Shown: positions 1 to 7,108, counted from the stretch's first letter. The stretch: 10,555 nt of DNA from an uncultured Janthinobacterium sp. (GCA_964658025.1 CAZZXB010000066.1:1-10555), one strand, 5' to 3'. Numbers and translations: made by a program. The notes: generated by a model not told the origin, from the letters alone.

Positions 1-105
1 TACAGCGCCTACCGCTGGGGCCGCGACGTCTCGGTCGGCGAGCGCATCGCGATGGAGGTCGTGTTCGCGCGCGACCGCGATCGGCTCCGCGACATCCTCA
101 CCTGA
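1..105 (+). CDS. purP: 3' end of a probable PurP-family protein (formate--phosphoribosylaminoimidazolecarboxamide ligase / FAICAR synthetase, DUF1297 C-terminus); truncated by the window edge
   Basis: Frame 1 reads YSAYRWGRDVSVGERIAMEVVFARDRDRLRDILT then TGA (103-105), with host-like codon usage. It fits without gaps the PurP C-terminal pattern as I recall it (Y[S/T]-x7-[V/L/M]SxGxRIAxE[I/V]xxAxxxDx[L/I]xx[I/V][L/I][T/S]-stop). It lies just upstream of purine genes. Only 34 aa are visible. Confidence 0.7.
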   Translation, partial: YSAYRWGRDVSVGERIAMEVVFARDRDRLRDILT

Positions 106-201
106 CGCGTCGGACGGTCCGCGACGGAGCGCTCGCGCGACCGAACAGTAACGCGCGTCTCGAACGGAGAACGACGACGCCACACTCGCGTCGCCTCTCT
201 T

Positions 202-206
202 AGGAG
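202..206 (+). promoter_or_regulatory. Shine-Dalgarno site of mscL
   Basis: AGGAG at 202-206, 6 nt before the ATG at 213. Confidence 0.8.
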
Positions 207-212
207 TATCGG

Positions 213-611
213 ATGCTTAAAGGATTCGGAAATTTTCTCATGCGGGGGAACGTGGTCGATCTGGCGGTCGCGGTCGTCATCGGCGCGGCGTTCGGCGCGA
301 TCGTCACGGCGCTCGTCAAAGATCTCATCACGCCGATCGTCGCCGCACTCGTCGGGAAGCCCGATTTTTCGACCATCGCGTTCACGATCAATAACAGTAA
401 GTTCGCGATCGGCGATTTCATCAACGCGGTCGTCTCGTTCGTCCTCGTCTCGTTCGCGATCTACTTCTTCGTCGTGCTTCCGATGGAATCGATCACGAAG
501 CGGATCGGACCGAAAAAAGCGGAGCCGGCGATGAAAGAGTGCCCGGAGTGCGTCAGCGACGTTCCGGCCGCGGCGCGACGTTGCAAGTTCTGCACGGCCG
601 CGTTAGCGTAG
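213..611 (+). CDS. mscL: Large-conductance mechanosensitive channel with a C-terminal CxxC-x10-CxxC zinc-ribbon-like tail
   Basis: MscL signature FxxFLMRGNVVDLAVAVVIGAAFGAIV (TM1), GDFINAVVSF (TM2), tail CPEC...CKFC, and a good RBS. Confidence 0.96.
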   Translation: MLKGFGNFLMRGNVVDLAVAVVIGAAFGAIVTALVKDLITPIVAALVGKPDFSTIAFTINNSKFAIGDFINAVVSFVLVSFAIYFFVVLPMESITKRIGPKKAEPAMKECPECVSDVPAAARRCKFCTAALA

Positions 612-666
612 CCGCGCGCGCTCGCGCGTCGGGGAAGCGTCCCGCGCGTCGCCGAACGCACCGGTA

Positions 667-2235
667 ATGGCCAGCCCCTCGCAGACGACCGCGGCGCGCC
701 CCGCGGCCGTCGTCATCCTCGACTTCGGCGCGCAATACGGTCAATTGATCGCCCGGCGCGTGCGCGAGGCGAACGTCTATTCCGAGATCCTCCCGCACGA
801 CACGCCGTGGGCCGAGATCGCACGGCGCGAACCCGCCGCGATCGTCCTGACGGGAGGCCCGGAGAGCACGCTCGCGCCGGACGCGCTCGGGATCGCGCCC
901 GAGGTCTTTCGTTCGGGCGTCCCGATCCTCGGGATCTGCTACGGCATGCAACTCATCGCGCGCGATCTCGGCGGCGAGATCGTGCGTTCGCAACACAGCG
1001 AGTTCGGGGCGGCCGCGCTCGAACTCGTCGCGGAGTCGCCCCTGTGGAACGGCGTCGGGCGCGCCTCGCGCGCCTGGATGTCGCACGGCGACACGGTGCT
1101 CGCGCCGCCGCCCGGATTCGCGACGCTCGCGAAGACCTCGCGCTGCGCGATCGCCGCGATCGGCGATCCCGAGCGGCGCATCTACGGCGTGCAGTTCCAT
1201 CCCGAGGTCGGGCACACGGAAGCGGGCAAACGCGTCATCGACAACTTCCTCCACGAGGTCGCGGGGATCGCGCCCGGCTGGCGGATGGACTCGTTCGTGG
1301 AGCGGACGATCCCGGAGATCCGCGCGCAGGTCGGCGACGGTCGCGTGATCTGCGCGCTCTCGGGCGGCGTCGACAGCGCGGTCGCGGCGACGCTCGTCTC
1401 GCGCGCGATCGGCGCGCAGCTCACCTGTATCTTCGTCGACACGGGATTGTTGCGCGCGCGCGAAGGCGACGCCGTCGTCGCGGCGTTCCGCGACGTGCTC
1501 CATCTCGAGGTCGTGCGCGTCGACGCGCGCGAGCGATTCCTCGCACGCCTCGCCGGGATCGAGGATCCCGAAGAGAAGCGCATCCGCATCGGTCACGAGT
1601 TCATCGCGATCTTCGAAGAGGAAGCCGCGAAACTCGAGAACGTCGGTTTTCTCGTGCAGGGGACGCTCTATCCCGACGTGATCGAGTCGAAGACGCCGGG
1701 CTCGAAAGCCGGTCACAAGATCAAATCGCATCACAACGTCGGCGGGCTTCCGGAGACGATGGCGCTCGCGCTCGTCGAACCGCTCCGCTCGCTCTTCAAA
1801 GACGAAGTGCGCGAAGTCGGGCGCGTCCTCGGTCTGCCGCCCGAGATCGTGGAACGGCAACCGTTTCCGGGCCCCGGTCTCGCGGTGCGCGTCCTCGGCG
1901 ACGTGACGGCGGAGCGGCTCGAAACGGTCCGTGCGGCCGACGCGATCGTCACGGACGAGATCGAGGCCGCGACGCTCGATCCGCGGCCGTGGCAGTATTT
2001 CGCCGTGCTCACGCCGCTGCGGAGCGTCGGCGTGATGGGCGACGGCCGCACCTATGCGAACCTCGTCGCGGTCCGCGCGATCACGAGCGAGGACGGCATG
2101 ACGGCCGATTGGGCGCGGCTGCCGCACGCGTTACTCGAACGGATCAGCACGCGGATCGTCAACGAGGTTCCGGGCGTCAATCGCGTCGCCTACGACGTCA
2201 CGTCGAAGCCGCCCGCGACGGTCGAGTGGGAATGA
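667..2235 (+). CDS. guaA: GMP synthase (glutamine-hydrolysing)
   Basis: ILDFGAQYGQLIARRVRE, class I glutamine amidotransferase triad (GICYGMQ, QFHPEV), PP-loop LSGGVDS, IKSHHNVGGL, QPFPGPGL and C-terminal YDVTSKPPATVEWE. Confidence 0.99.
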   Translation: MASPSQTTAARPAAVVILDFGAQYGQLIARRVREANVYSEILPHDTPWAEIARREPAAIVLTGGPESTLAPDALGIAPEVFRSGVPILGICYGMQLIARDLGGEIVRSQHSEFGAAALELVAESPLWNGVGRASRAWMSHGDTVLAPPPGFATLAKTSRCAIAAIGDPERRIYGVQFHPEVGHTEAGKRVIDNFLHEVAGIAPGWRMDSFVERTIPEIRAQVGDGRVICALSGGVDSAVAATLVSRAIGAQLTCIFVDTGLLRAREGDAVVAAFRDVLHLEVVRVDARERFLARLAGIEDPEEKRIRIGHEFIAIFEEEAAKLENVGFLVQGTLYPDVIESKTPGSKAGHKIKSHHNVGGLPETMALALVEPLRSLFKDEVREVGRVLGLPPEIVERQPFPGPGLAVRVLGDVTAERLETVRAADAIVTDEIEAATLDPRPWQYFAVLTPLRSVGVMGDGRTYANLVAVRAITSEDGMTADWARLPHALLERISTRIVNEVPGVNRVAYDVTSKPPATVEWE

Positions 2236-2245
2236 GCGCGCGCGC

Positions 2246-3535
2246 ATGAAGATCCTCGTGATCGGGAGCGGCGCGCGCGAAGACGCGCTGTCGTGGCGCC
2301 TCGCGCGCTCGGCATCGTGTACCGAACTCTTCGCCGCGCCCGGAAACGCCGGAACGGCGACGCGCGGGACGAACTGGCCGATCGCCGCGACCGACGGCAA
2401 GGGACTCGTCGCGCGCGCGCTCGCCGAAGGCGTCGATCTCGTCGTCGTCGGACCGGAGACCGCGATCGCGGCGGGCGTCGCCGATCGGATGCGCGAGGCG
2501 AAGATTCCGACGTTCGGTCCCGGCCGCTCGGCCGGCCGGCTCGAATCGAGTAAGATCTTTTCGAAACGCTTCATGGAGCGGCACGGCATTCCGACGGCGC
2601 GCGCGCGCATCGTCCACTCGCTCGCAAGCGCGGAGAAGATCCTCTCGGATTGGCGCGGCGGATGCGTCGTGAAAGCGGACGGACTCGCCGCGGGGAAAGG
2701 CGTCGTCGTCGCGCCGGACGCGGCGAACGCGCTCGCCGTCGTGCGGTCGTGGTTCGGTACGACGGGCGTTCCCGGCGGCGGGAGCGACGTGTTGCTCGAG
2801 GAGCTTCTCGTCGGTCGCGAGGTCAGCGTCTTCGCCGTCGGCGACGGCAAGCGATTCGTGCCGATCGGCGCGGCCTGCGATTACAAGCGCGCGGGCGACG
2901 GCGATACCGGACCGAATACCGGCGGGATGGGCGCGTATTCGCCGCCCGTCGGCTTTCCGGACGATCTGCTCGACGTCGTCGCGGAACGCGTGCTGGTGCC
3001 GGTCGCCGCGGGGCTCGCGGCCGAGAACGAGCGCTTCGTCGGCGTGCTCTACTGCGGGCTGATCTGGACGGCGTCGGGTCCGCGCACGATCGAATTCAAC
3101 GTCCGCTTCGGCGATCCGGAGACGCAGGTGCTGATGCCGCGCGTGCGCGGCGATTTCGCGGCGTTTCTCGCGAGTGCCGCGCGCGGTGCGATCGATCCGT
3201 CGCTCGCGTCGTTCGACGACGGGGCGTGCGTCGGCATCGTTCTCGCCACGCCCGATTATCCGCGTTCGTCCGTGCCGATGACGGGATTGCCGCACGACGT
3301 CGAACTCGGCGCGGGACGCGCCGCGTTCTGGGGCGGTTCGTCGCTACGCGACGACGGCGTCTCCGTCGACGGCGGACGCGTGTTGACCGTGACCGCGCGC
3401 GGCGTCGACGTCGATGCCGCGCGCGTCGATGCGTATCGCGCCGTCGACGAACTCGCCCGCCGATTCGGTGGCGGTTCGCGATTGAGTTTCCGCAGCGATA
3501 TCGCGGCGGGGCTTCCGAGCGCGTCCGTCACGTAA
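2246..3535 (+). CDS. purD: Phosphoribosylamine--glycine ligase (GAR synthetase)
   Basis: MKILVIGSGxRExAL, APGNAG, VVGPE, LESSKxFSK, VVKADGLAAGKGV, DYKRxxDGDTGPNTGGMGAYSP, EFNVRFGDPETQ and GGRVL. Starts 10 bp after the guaA stop. Confidence 0.98.
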   Translation: MKILVIGSGAREDALSWRLARSASCTELFAAPGNAGTATRGTNWPIAATDGKGLVARALAEGVDLVVVGPETAIAAGVADRMREAKIPTFGPGRSAGRLESSKIFSKRFMERHGIPTARARIVHSLASAEKILSDWRGGCVVKADGLAAGKGVVVAPDAANALAVVRSWFGTTGVPGGGSDVLLEELLVGREVSVFAVGDGKRFVPIGAACDYKRAGDGDTGPNTGGMGAYSPPVGFPDDLLDVVAERVLVPVAAGLAAENERFVGVLYCGLIWTASGPRTIEFNVRFGDPETQVLMPRVRGDFAAFLASAARGAIDPSLASFDDGACVGIVLATPDYPRSSVPMTGLPHDVELGAGRAAFWGGSSLRDDGVSVDGGRVLTVTARGVDVDAARVDAYRAVDELARRFGGGSRLSFRSDIAAGLPSASVT

Positions 3536-3571
3536 GTCGGATCGACCCGCCGAACCGTGCGTCGCGCGGAC

Positions 3572-3596
3572 GTTTCGCACGCACGCGAGCGGGAAG
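3572..3596 (+). promoter_or_regulatory. Candidate alternative-sigma (SigB/SigF-like) promoter
   Basis: GTTT (3572-3575), 15 nt, GGGAAG (3591-3596), ending 9 nt before the ATG at 3606. It resembles the GTTT-N~15-GGG(A/T)A general-stress promoter consensus, and the -10 context recurs at 4049-4067. Confidence 0.4.
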
Positions 3597-3605
3597 AACG
3601 CACGC

Positions 3606-3995
3606 ATGCACATCGCAAAGACGTCACGCATCGTCGCCTGCGCGGCATTCGCGGTCGCGAACGTTTCGGTCGCGGCCGGCGCCGCGCAACAGAAGGTCAG
3701 TTCGGAGACGCTCGCCGCATTGCAAACGATCCGCCGCGATGCCGATTCGATCGCATCGGGTCGCGTGCGCGGCAAGCAACAACTCGACGCGCCCGCGCGC
3801 GAGATCGCGATCGCCTGGTCGAAGGCGGTCGCCGAACTCGACAACGACGGCAACGTCCGCGTCGAGCGCGAGATCGCCAACAAGAGCATCACGAAACTCG
3901 AGAGTTCGTACAAAATCGGCGATCGGGCGCGCACGGCGGCGAAGGACGTCTCGGCCGACGTCGGCGATCTCATCGATGCGGCGTCGAAGGGGTAA
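3606..3995 (+). CDS. Hypothetical secreted protein, 129 aa, probably alpha-helical
   Basis: Host-like codon usage. The N-terminus MHIAKTSRIVACAAFAVANVSVAAGA has basic, hydrophobic and AxA segments typical of a Sec signal peptide. The mature part looks amphipathic. No family recognised. Confidence 0.8.
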   Translation: MHIAKTSRIVACAAFAVANVSVAAGAAQQKVSSETLAALQTIRRDADSIASGRVRGKQQLDAPAREIAIAWSKAVAELDNDGNVRVEREIANKSITKLESSYKIGDRARTAAKDVSADVGDLIDAASKG

Positions 3996-3999
3996 TCGC

Positions 4000-4036
4000 G
4001 AGTCGTTCGGCGGGCCGCCCGGGTCCGCCGAAACTC
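4000..4036 (+). terminator. Strong stem-loop after the secreted-protein gene (possible terminator or mRNA-stabilising hairpin, no U-tract)
   Basis: TTCGGCGGGCC (4006-4016) pairs with GGTCCGCCGAA (4022-4032) with one G-U pair and a 5-nt loop, extended by GAGT (4000-4003)/ACTC (4033-4036). Confidence 0.5.
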
Positions 4037-4064
4037 CGGCCTCGTGCCGCGGGTAGAACGTCGC

Positions 4065-4721
4065 ATGTATCAGGATCGGCAGCCGCGAGTCGCCCTCGGA
4101 GCGGTTTCGGCGAACACCTTGCTCGGCCAAGTGCTCGGGATCACGGGCGCGGGCTTTCTCGTCACCGCCGTAACGGCGTATCTCACGCAGGGCTTTCCGT
4201 ACGGCGCGTCGCTCGTCGCGATGCTCGTCGGTTTCGGATTCCTGATCGCGATTTCGGCGACGCGCGCGAATCCCGGGCTCTCGATGCTCATGTTCTACGC
4301 GTTTACGGCGTGCGAGGGGATCGGCATCGGGCCGATCATCGGGAACTACGTCCGTCAGGACGGGTCGGGGATCGTCGTCAACGCCGCCGCGACGACCGGG
4401 CTCGGCATGTTCGTCCTCGCCGGCCTCGCGTTCCTCACGAGCTTCGATTATCGTAGACTCTCCGGGATCGCGTTCGGAGCGCTCGTCGTCCTCGTGATCG
4501 CGGGCGTCGTTTCCGCGTTCACGCACGTCCTCGCGCCGACGACGTATTCGTGGTTGACGCTCGCGGTGTTCGCCTTACTCGTGCTCGTCGATTTCGCCCG
4601 CATCCGCGCGGGCGGCGGCGGAGCCACGGCGATCGAACTCGCGACGAGCATCTACCTCGATGCGATCAACATCTTTCTCGCGCTCTTGCGCATCTTCGGC
4701 GGACGGAGCCGAGATGACTGA
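4065..4721 (+). CDS. Bax inhibitor-1/YccA (TMBIM) family membrane protein
   Basis: About seven hydrophobic segments with FTACEGIGIGPII, LVDFARI and C-terminal AIELATSIYLDAINIFLALLRIFG, including the two conserved Asp residues of the family. The ATG at 4065 is preferred over the GTG at 4044. Confidence 0.93.
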   Translation: MYQDRQPRVALGAVSANTLLGQVLGITGAGFLVTAVTAYLTQGFPYGASLVAMLVGFGFLIAISATRANPGLSMLMFYAFTACEGIGIGPIIGNYVRQDGSGIVVNAAATTGLGMFVLAGLAFLTSFDYRRLSGIAFGALVVLVIAGVVSAFTHVLAPTTYSWLTLAVFALLVLVDFARIRAGGGGATAIELATSIYLDAINIFLALLRIFGGRSRDD

Positions 4722-4747
4722 CGCCGCGCTCGGAGAATGATCTCCTG

Positions 4748-6181
4748 ATGGCTCGAGCCTACGATGCCGAGGCTCCCTCCCCGGCCGGGGATTCGATGCA
4801 CGAAGCGTGCGGCATCGTCGGCATCTACGCGCCCGGGAACGCCGTGGCGCGTCTCGCGTATTTCGGCTTGTACGCGTTGCAGCATCGCGGTCAGGAATCC
4901 GCGGGGATCGCGGTCTCCGACGGGGCGACGATCGCGTGCCACCGCGAGATGGGTCTCATCTCGAGCATCTTCGACGAGGACGTGCTCGGTCGGCTCACGG
5001 GCTACATCGCGGTCGGTCACACGCGTTACTCGACGACGGGATCGTCGGCCGTCGTGAACGCGCAACCCTTACTCGAACGCGCCTCGTTCGGCGAGGTCAC
5101 CCTCGCGCACAACGGCAACCTGACGAACACGGACGCGCTGCGCGACGCGCTCGATCCCGCGACGATCTTGCTCGCGACCTCGGATTCCGAGGTCCTCGCG
5201 AAGGCGATCGTCCAAGCGCCGGGCGACGGTCTCATCGCGAAGATCCGTTCGGTCATGCGCGAGGCCGAAGGCGCGTATTCGATCGTGATGTCGACGGAGA
5301 AGGCGCTCTTCGCGTTTCGCGATCCGTGGGGCGTCCGTCCGCTCTGCTACGGCCGGTTCCCCGGCGGCGGCTATATGTTCGCGTCGGAATCGTGCGCGCT
5401 CGCGACCGTCGGCGCGAAGTACATCCGCGAACTCGATCCGGGCGAGATCGTCTGGATCGATCACGAGGGACTCCACGTCGACAAAGCGGTGCACAAGAAA
5501 CCGCAGGCGCTCTGCATGTTCGAGTACATCTACTTCGCGCGACCGGACTCGATCCTGAGCGGGAAGTCGATCTACCTCGCGCGGCTGGAGATGGGTCGGC
5601 AACTCGCGCGCGAGCACGCGGTCGAGGCCGACGTCGTCATGGCGATCCCGGACTCGGCCGTCCCCGGCGGTATCGGCTATTCGCAAGAATCGGGTCTGCC
5701 GTACGTCGAGGGGCTGATCAAAAATCGCTACATCGGGCGCACGTTCATCAGCCCCGATCAGAGCATGCGGGCGCGGAGCGTCCATCTCAAGTTCAATCCG
5801 ATCGTCGAACTGCTCGACGGCAAACGCGTCGTCGTCGTCGACGATTCGATCGTCCGCGGCACGACGACGCCGCGCATCGTCCAACTCTTACGCGAGGCGG
5901 GCGCGCGGGAGATCCACGTCCGCATCACGTCGCCGCCGATCATCCATCCGTGTTATCTCGGCGTCGACATGGCGACGCACGAGGAGCTGATCGCCGCGAA
6001 CAACACGATCGACGAGATCCGGGTCAAGATCGGAGCCGACTCGCTCGGATATCTGAGCAAGGAAGGGCTGCTCGGCGCGGTCGCCCGCAAACGCGGCGAG
6101 ATGTGCTTGGGTTGCCTCACCGGGGAATATCCCGAGACCTACAACGGGCCGCCGGTTCGGGAACTCGTTCCGTCCAGATGA
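4748..6181 (+). CDS. purF: Amidophosphoribosyltransferase, propeptide and Fe-S (Bacillus-like) type
   Basis: HEA-CGIVG (catalytic Cys codon 4808-4810), LQHRGQESAG, GHTRYSTTG, AHNGNL, SDSE, CMFEYIYFARPDS, PRPP motif VVVDDSIVRGTT and Fe-S cysteines (LCMF, PCYLG, CLGC). An alternative ATG is at 4796. Confidence 0.99.
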   Translation: MARAYDAEAPSPAGDSMHEACGIVGIYAPGNAVARLAYFGLYALQHRGQESAGIAVSDGATIACHREMGLISSIFDEDVLGRLTGYIAVGHTRYSTTGSSAVVNAQPLLERASFGEVTLAHNGNLTNTDALRDALDPATILLATSDSEVLAKAIVQAPGDGLIAKIRSVMREAEGAYSIVMSTEKALFAFRDPWGVRPLCYGRFPGGGYMFASESCALATVGAKYIRELDPGEIVWIDHEGLHVDKAVHKKPQALCMFEYIYFARPDSILSGKSIYLARLEMGRQLAREHAVEADVVMAIPDSAVPGGIGYSQESGLPYVEGLIKNRYIGRTFISPDQSMRARSVHLKFNPIVELLDGKRVVVVDDSIVRGTTTPRIVQLLREAGAREIHVRITSPPIIHPCYLGVDMATHEELIAANNTIDEIRVKIGADSLGYLSKEGLLGAVARKRGEMCLGCLTGEYPETYNGPPVRELVPSR

Positions 6182-6192
6182 GCCGATCGGGA

Positions 6193-6212
6193 TATTTACA
6201 AATCTATCAATA
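6193..6212. promoter_or_regulatory. Imperfect palindrome overlapping the -35 box, candidate TetR operator
   Basis: TATTTACA-AATC-TATCAATA matches its reverse complement at 14 of 20 positions. A TetR gene is in the same unit. Confidence 0.5.
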
Positions 6213-6223
6213 GGCGCTACGAT
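6195..6223 (+). promoter_or_regulatory. Sigma70-type promoter, probably giving a leaderless transcript that starts at the ATG at 6230
   Basis: TTTACA (6195-6200), 17 nt, TACGAT (6218-6223), 6 nt, ATG (6230). It is a conspicuous AT-rich patch with no Shine-Dalgarno sequence. Confidence 0.7.
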
Positions 6224-6229
6224 ACGGGC

Positions 6230-7075
6230 ATGATGGTCACCACCCGGCCCGACGGCGAGACCGATTCCGCGATCGATATCCATCCGCGCGACGTCGATTT
6301 CACGCTCGACGAGGAGCGCATCGGCGACTGGAACGACGGCGACGCGGCGAAGACGGTTTTCCTCAACGCCCTCTCGATCATGTTCCCGCACGGCGAACGT
6401 TTCTTCATCACCTCGGTCGCGAAGTTTCGCGCGGCGGTGACGGATCCGAAGCTCGCCGCCGAGGTCGTCGCGTTCACGCAGCAAGAAGCGTTGCACACGC
6501 GCGAGCACATCGCGTTCAATTCGGCGATCGAACGGATCGCCGATGCGAAGAAGCTCGATGCGGAGGTCGGCCGCTTTCTCGGAAACGTCCGCAAGTTTTC
6601 GTCGTCGCTCGCCTGTCTCGGCGTGACGATCGCGCTCGAGCACTTCACGGCGATCCTCGCGAAGGAAGTGCTCGAGAATCCGGGCGAGTTACGTCGCGCG
6701 CGCGACGATTATCGGCGGCTGTGGACGTGGCACGCGCTCGAGGAGTGCGAGCACAAGGCGGTCGCGTTCGACGTCTGGCAGACGATCACGAACGGCGAGA
6801 AGGAGGACTTCCGTCGCCGACTCATGATCCCGACGACCGGAATCTTCATCTACTTCATCGGTAAACATCTCCTCGCGCTCATGCGCGCGCAGAAGGTCGC
6901 CCGGTCGCCGAAAGCGTGGGCGCGCGTCGCCTGGTATCTGTTCGGAAATCCGGGCATCGTGCGGCGGATCGCCAAACCCTATCTCGCGTACTATCGGAAG
7001 GGCTTCCACCCGAACGACATCGACGATACGCGCGTCCTGCGCGAGACCCGTTCGCTCGTCGACGCCTGGGCCTGA
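6230..7075 (+). CDS. Predicted 'metal-dependent hydrolase' family protein (Metal_hydrol-like) with a ferritin-like diiron ligand pattern
   Basis: NALSIMFPHGERFFI, QEALHTREH, TIALEHFTA, WHALEECEHKAVAFDV and YYRKGFHP. Confidence 0.9.
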   Translation: MMVTTRPDGETDSAIDIHPRDVDFTLDEERIGDWNDGDAAKTVFLNALSIMFPHGERFFITSVAKFRAAVTDPKLAAEVVAFTQQEALHTREHIAFNSAIERIADAKKLDAEVGRFLGNVRKFSSSLACLGVTIALEHFTAILAKEVLENPGELRRARDDYRRLWTWHALEECEHKAVAFDVWQTITNGEKEDFRRRLMIPTTGIFIYFIGKHLLALMRAQKVARSPKAWARVAWYLFGNPGIVRRIAKPYLAYYRKGFHPNDIDDTRVLRETRSLVDAWA

Positions 7076-7084
7076 ATTCCGACG

Positions 7085-7108
7085 GGCGCCGGAGCCGTTT
7101 CCGGCGTC
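7085..7108 (+). other. Intercistronic stem-loop between the diiron-like gene and tetR
   Basis: GGCGCCGGA (7085-7093) pairs with TCCGGCGTC (7100-7108) with one G-U pair and a 6-nt loop. No U-tract. Confidence 0.45.

Noticed and set aside
612..666. Possible purine, ZTP or PRPP riboswitch upstream of guaA
   Set aside because: Only 55 bp with two tiny hairpins (CGCGCG/CGCGCG and GGGA/TCCC). It is too short and I see none of the conserved aptamer motifs.
553..2127. 524-aa minus-strand ORF opposite guaA, and similar antisense ORFs (2198-3295, 3624-4526, 5069-5884, 5888-6643, 8004-9425)
   Set aside because: They mirror well-supported genes, are Arg-rich, have no recognisable motifs and are expected from stop-codon scarcity in GC-rich DNA.
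807..2249. Long same-strand alternative-frame ORFs (807-2249, 2650-4056, 3557-4456, 4807-6213)
   Set aside because: Arg/Ala/Gly-rich frameshifted shadows of guaA, purD, yccA and purF with no domain evidence.
3546..3593. Extended hairpin after purD (CGTGCGT/ACGCACG, CCCGC/GCGGG) as a terminator or ncRNA
   Set aside because: It is interrupted, has no U-tract and is plausible by chance at this CG content. The promoter-like reading of the same bases is better supported.
4044..4064. GTG 4044 as the start of the YccA-family gene
   Set aside because: No RBS, it lies just after a strong hairpin, and ATG 4065 shares its upstream motif with ATG 3606.
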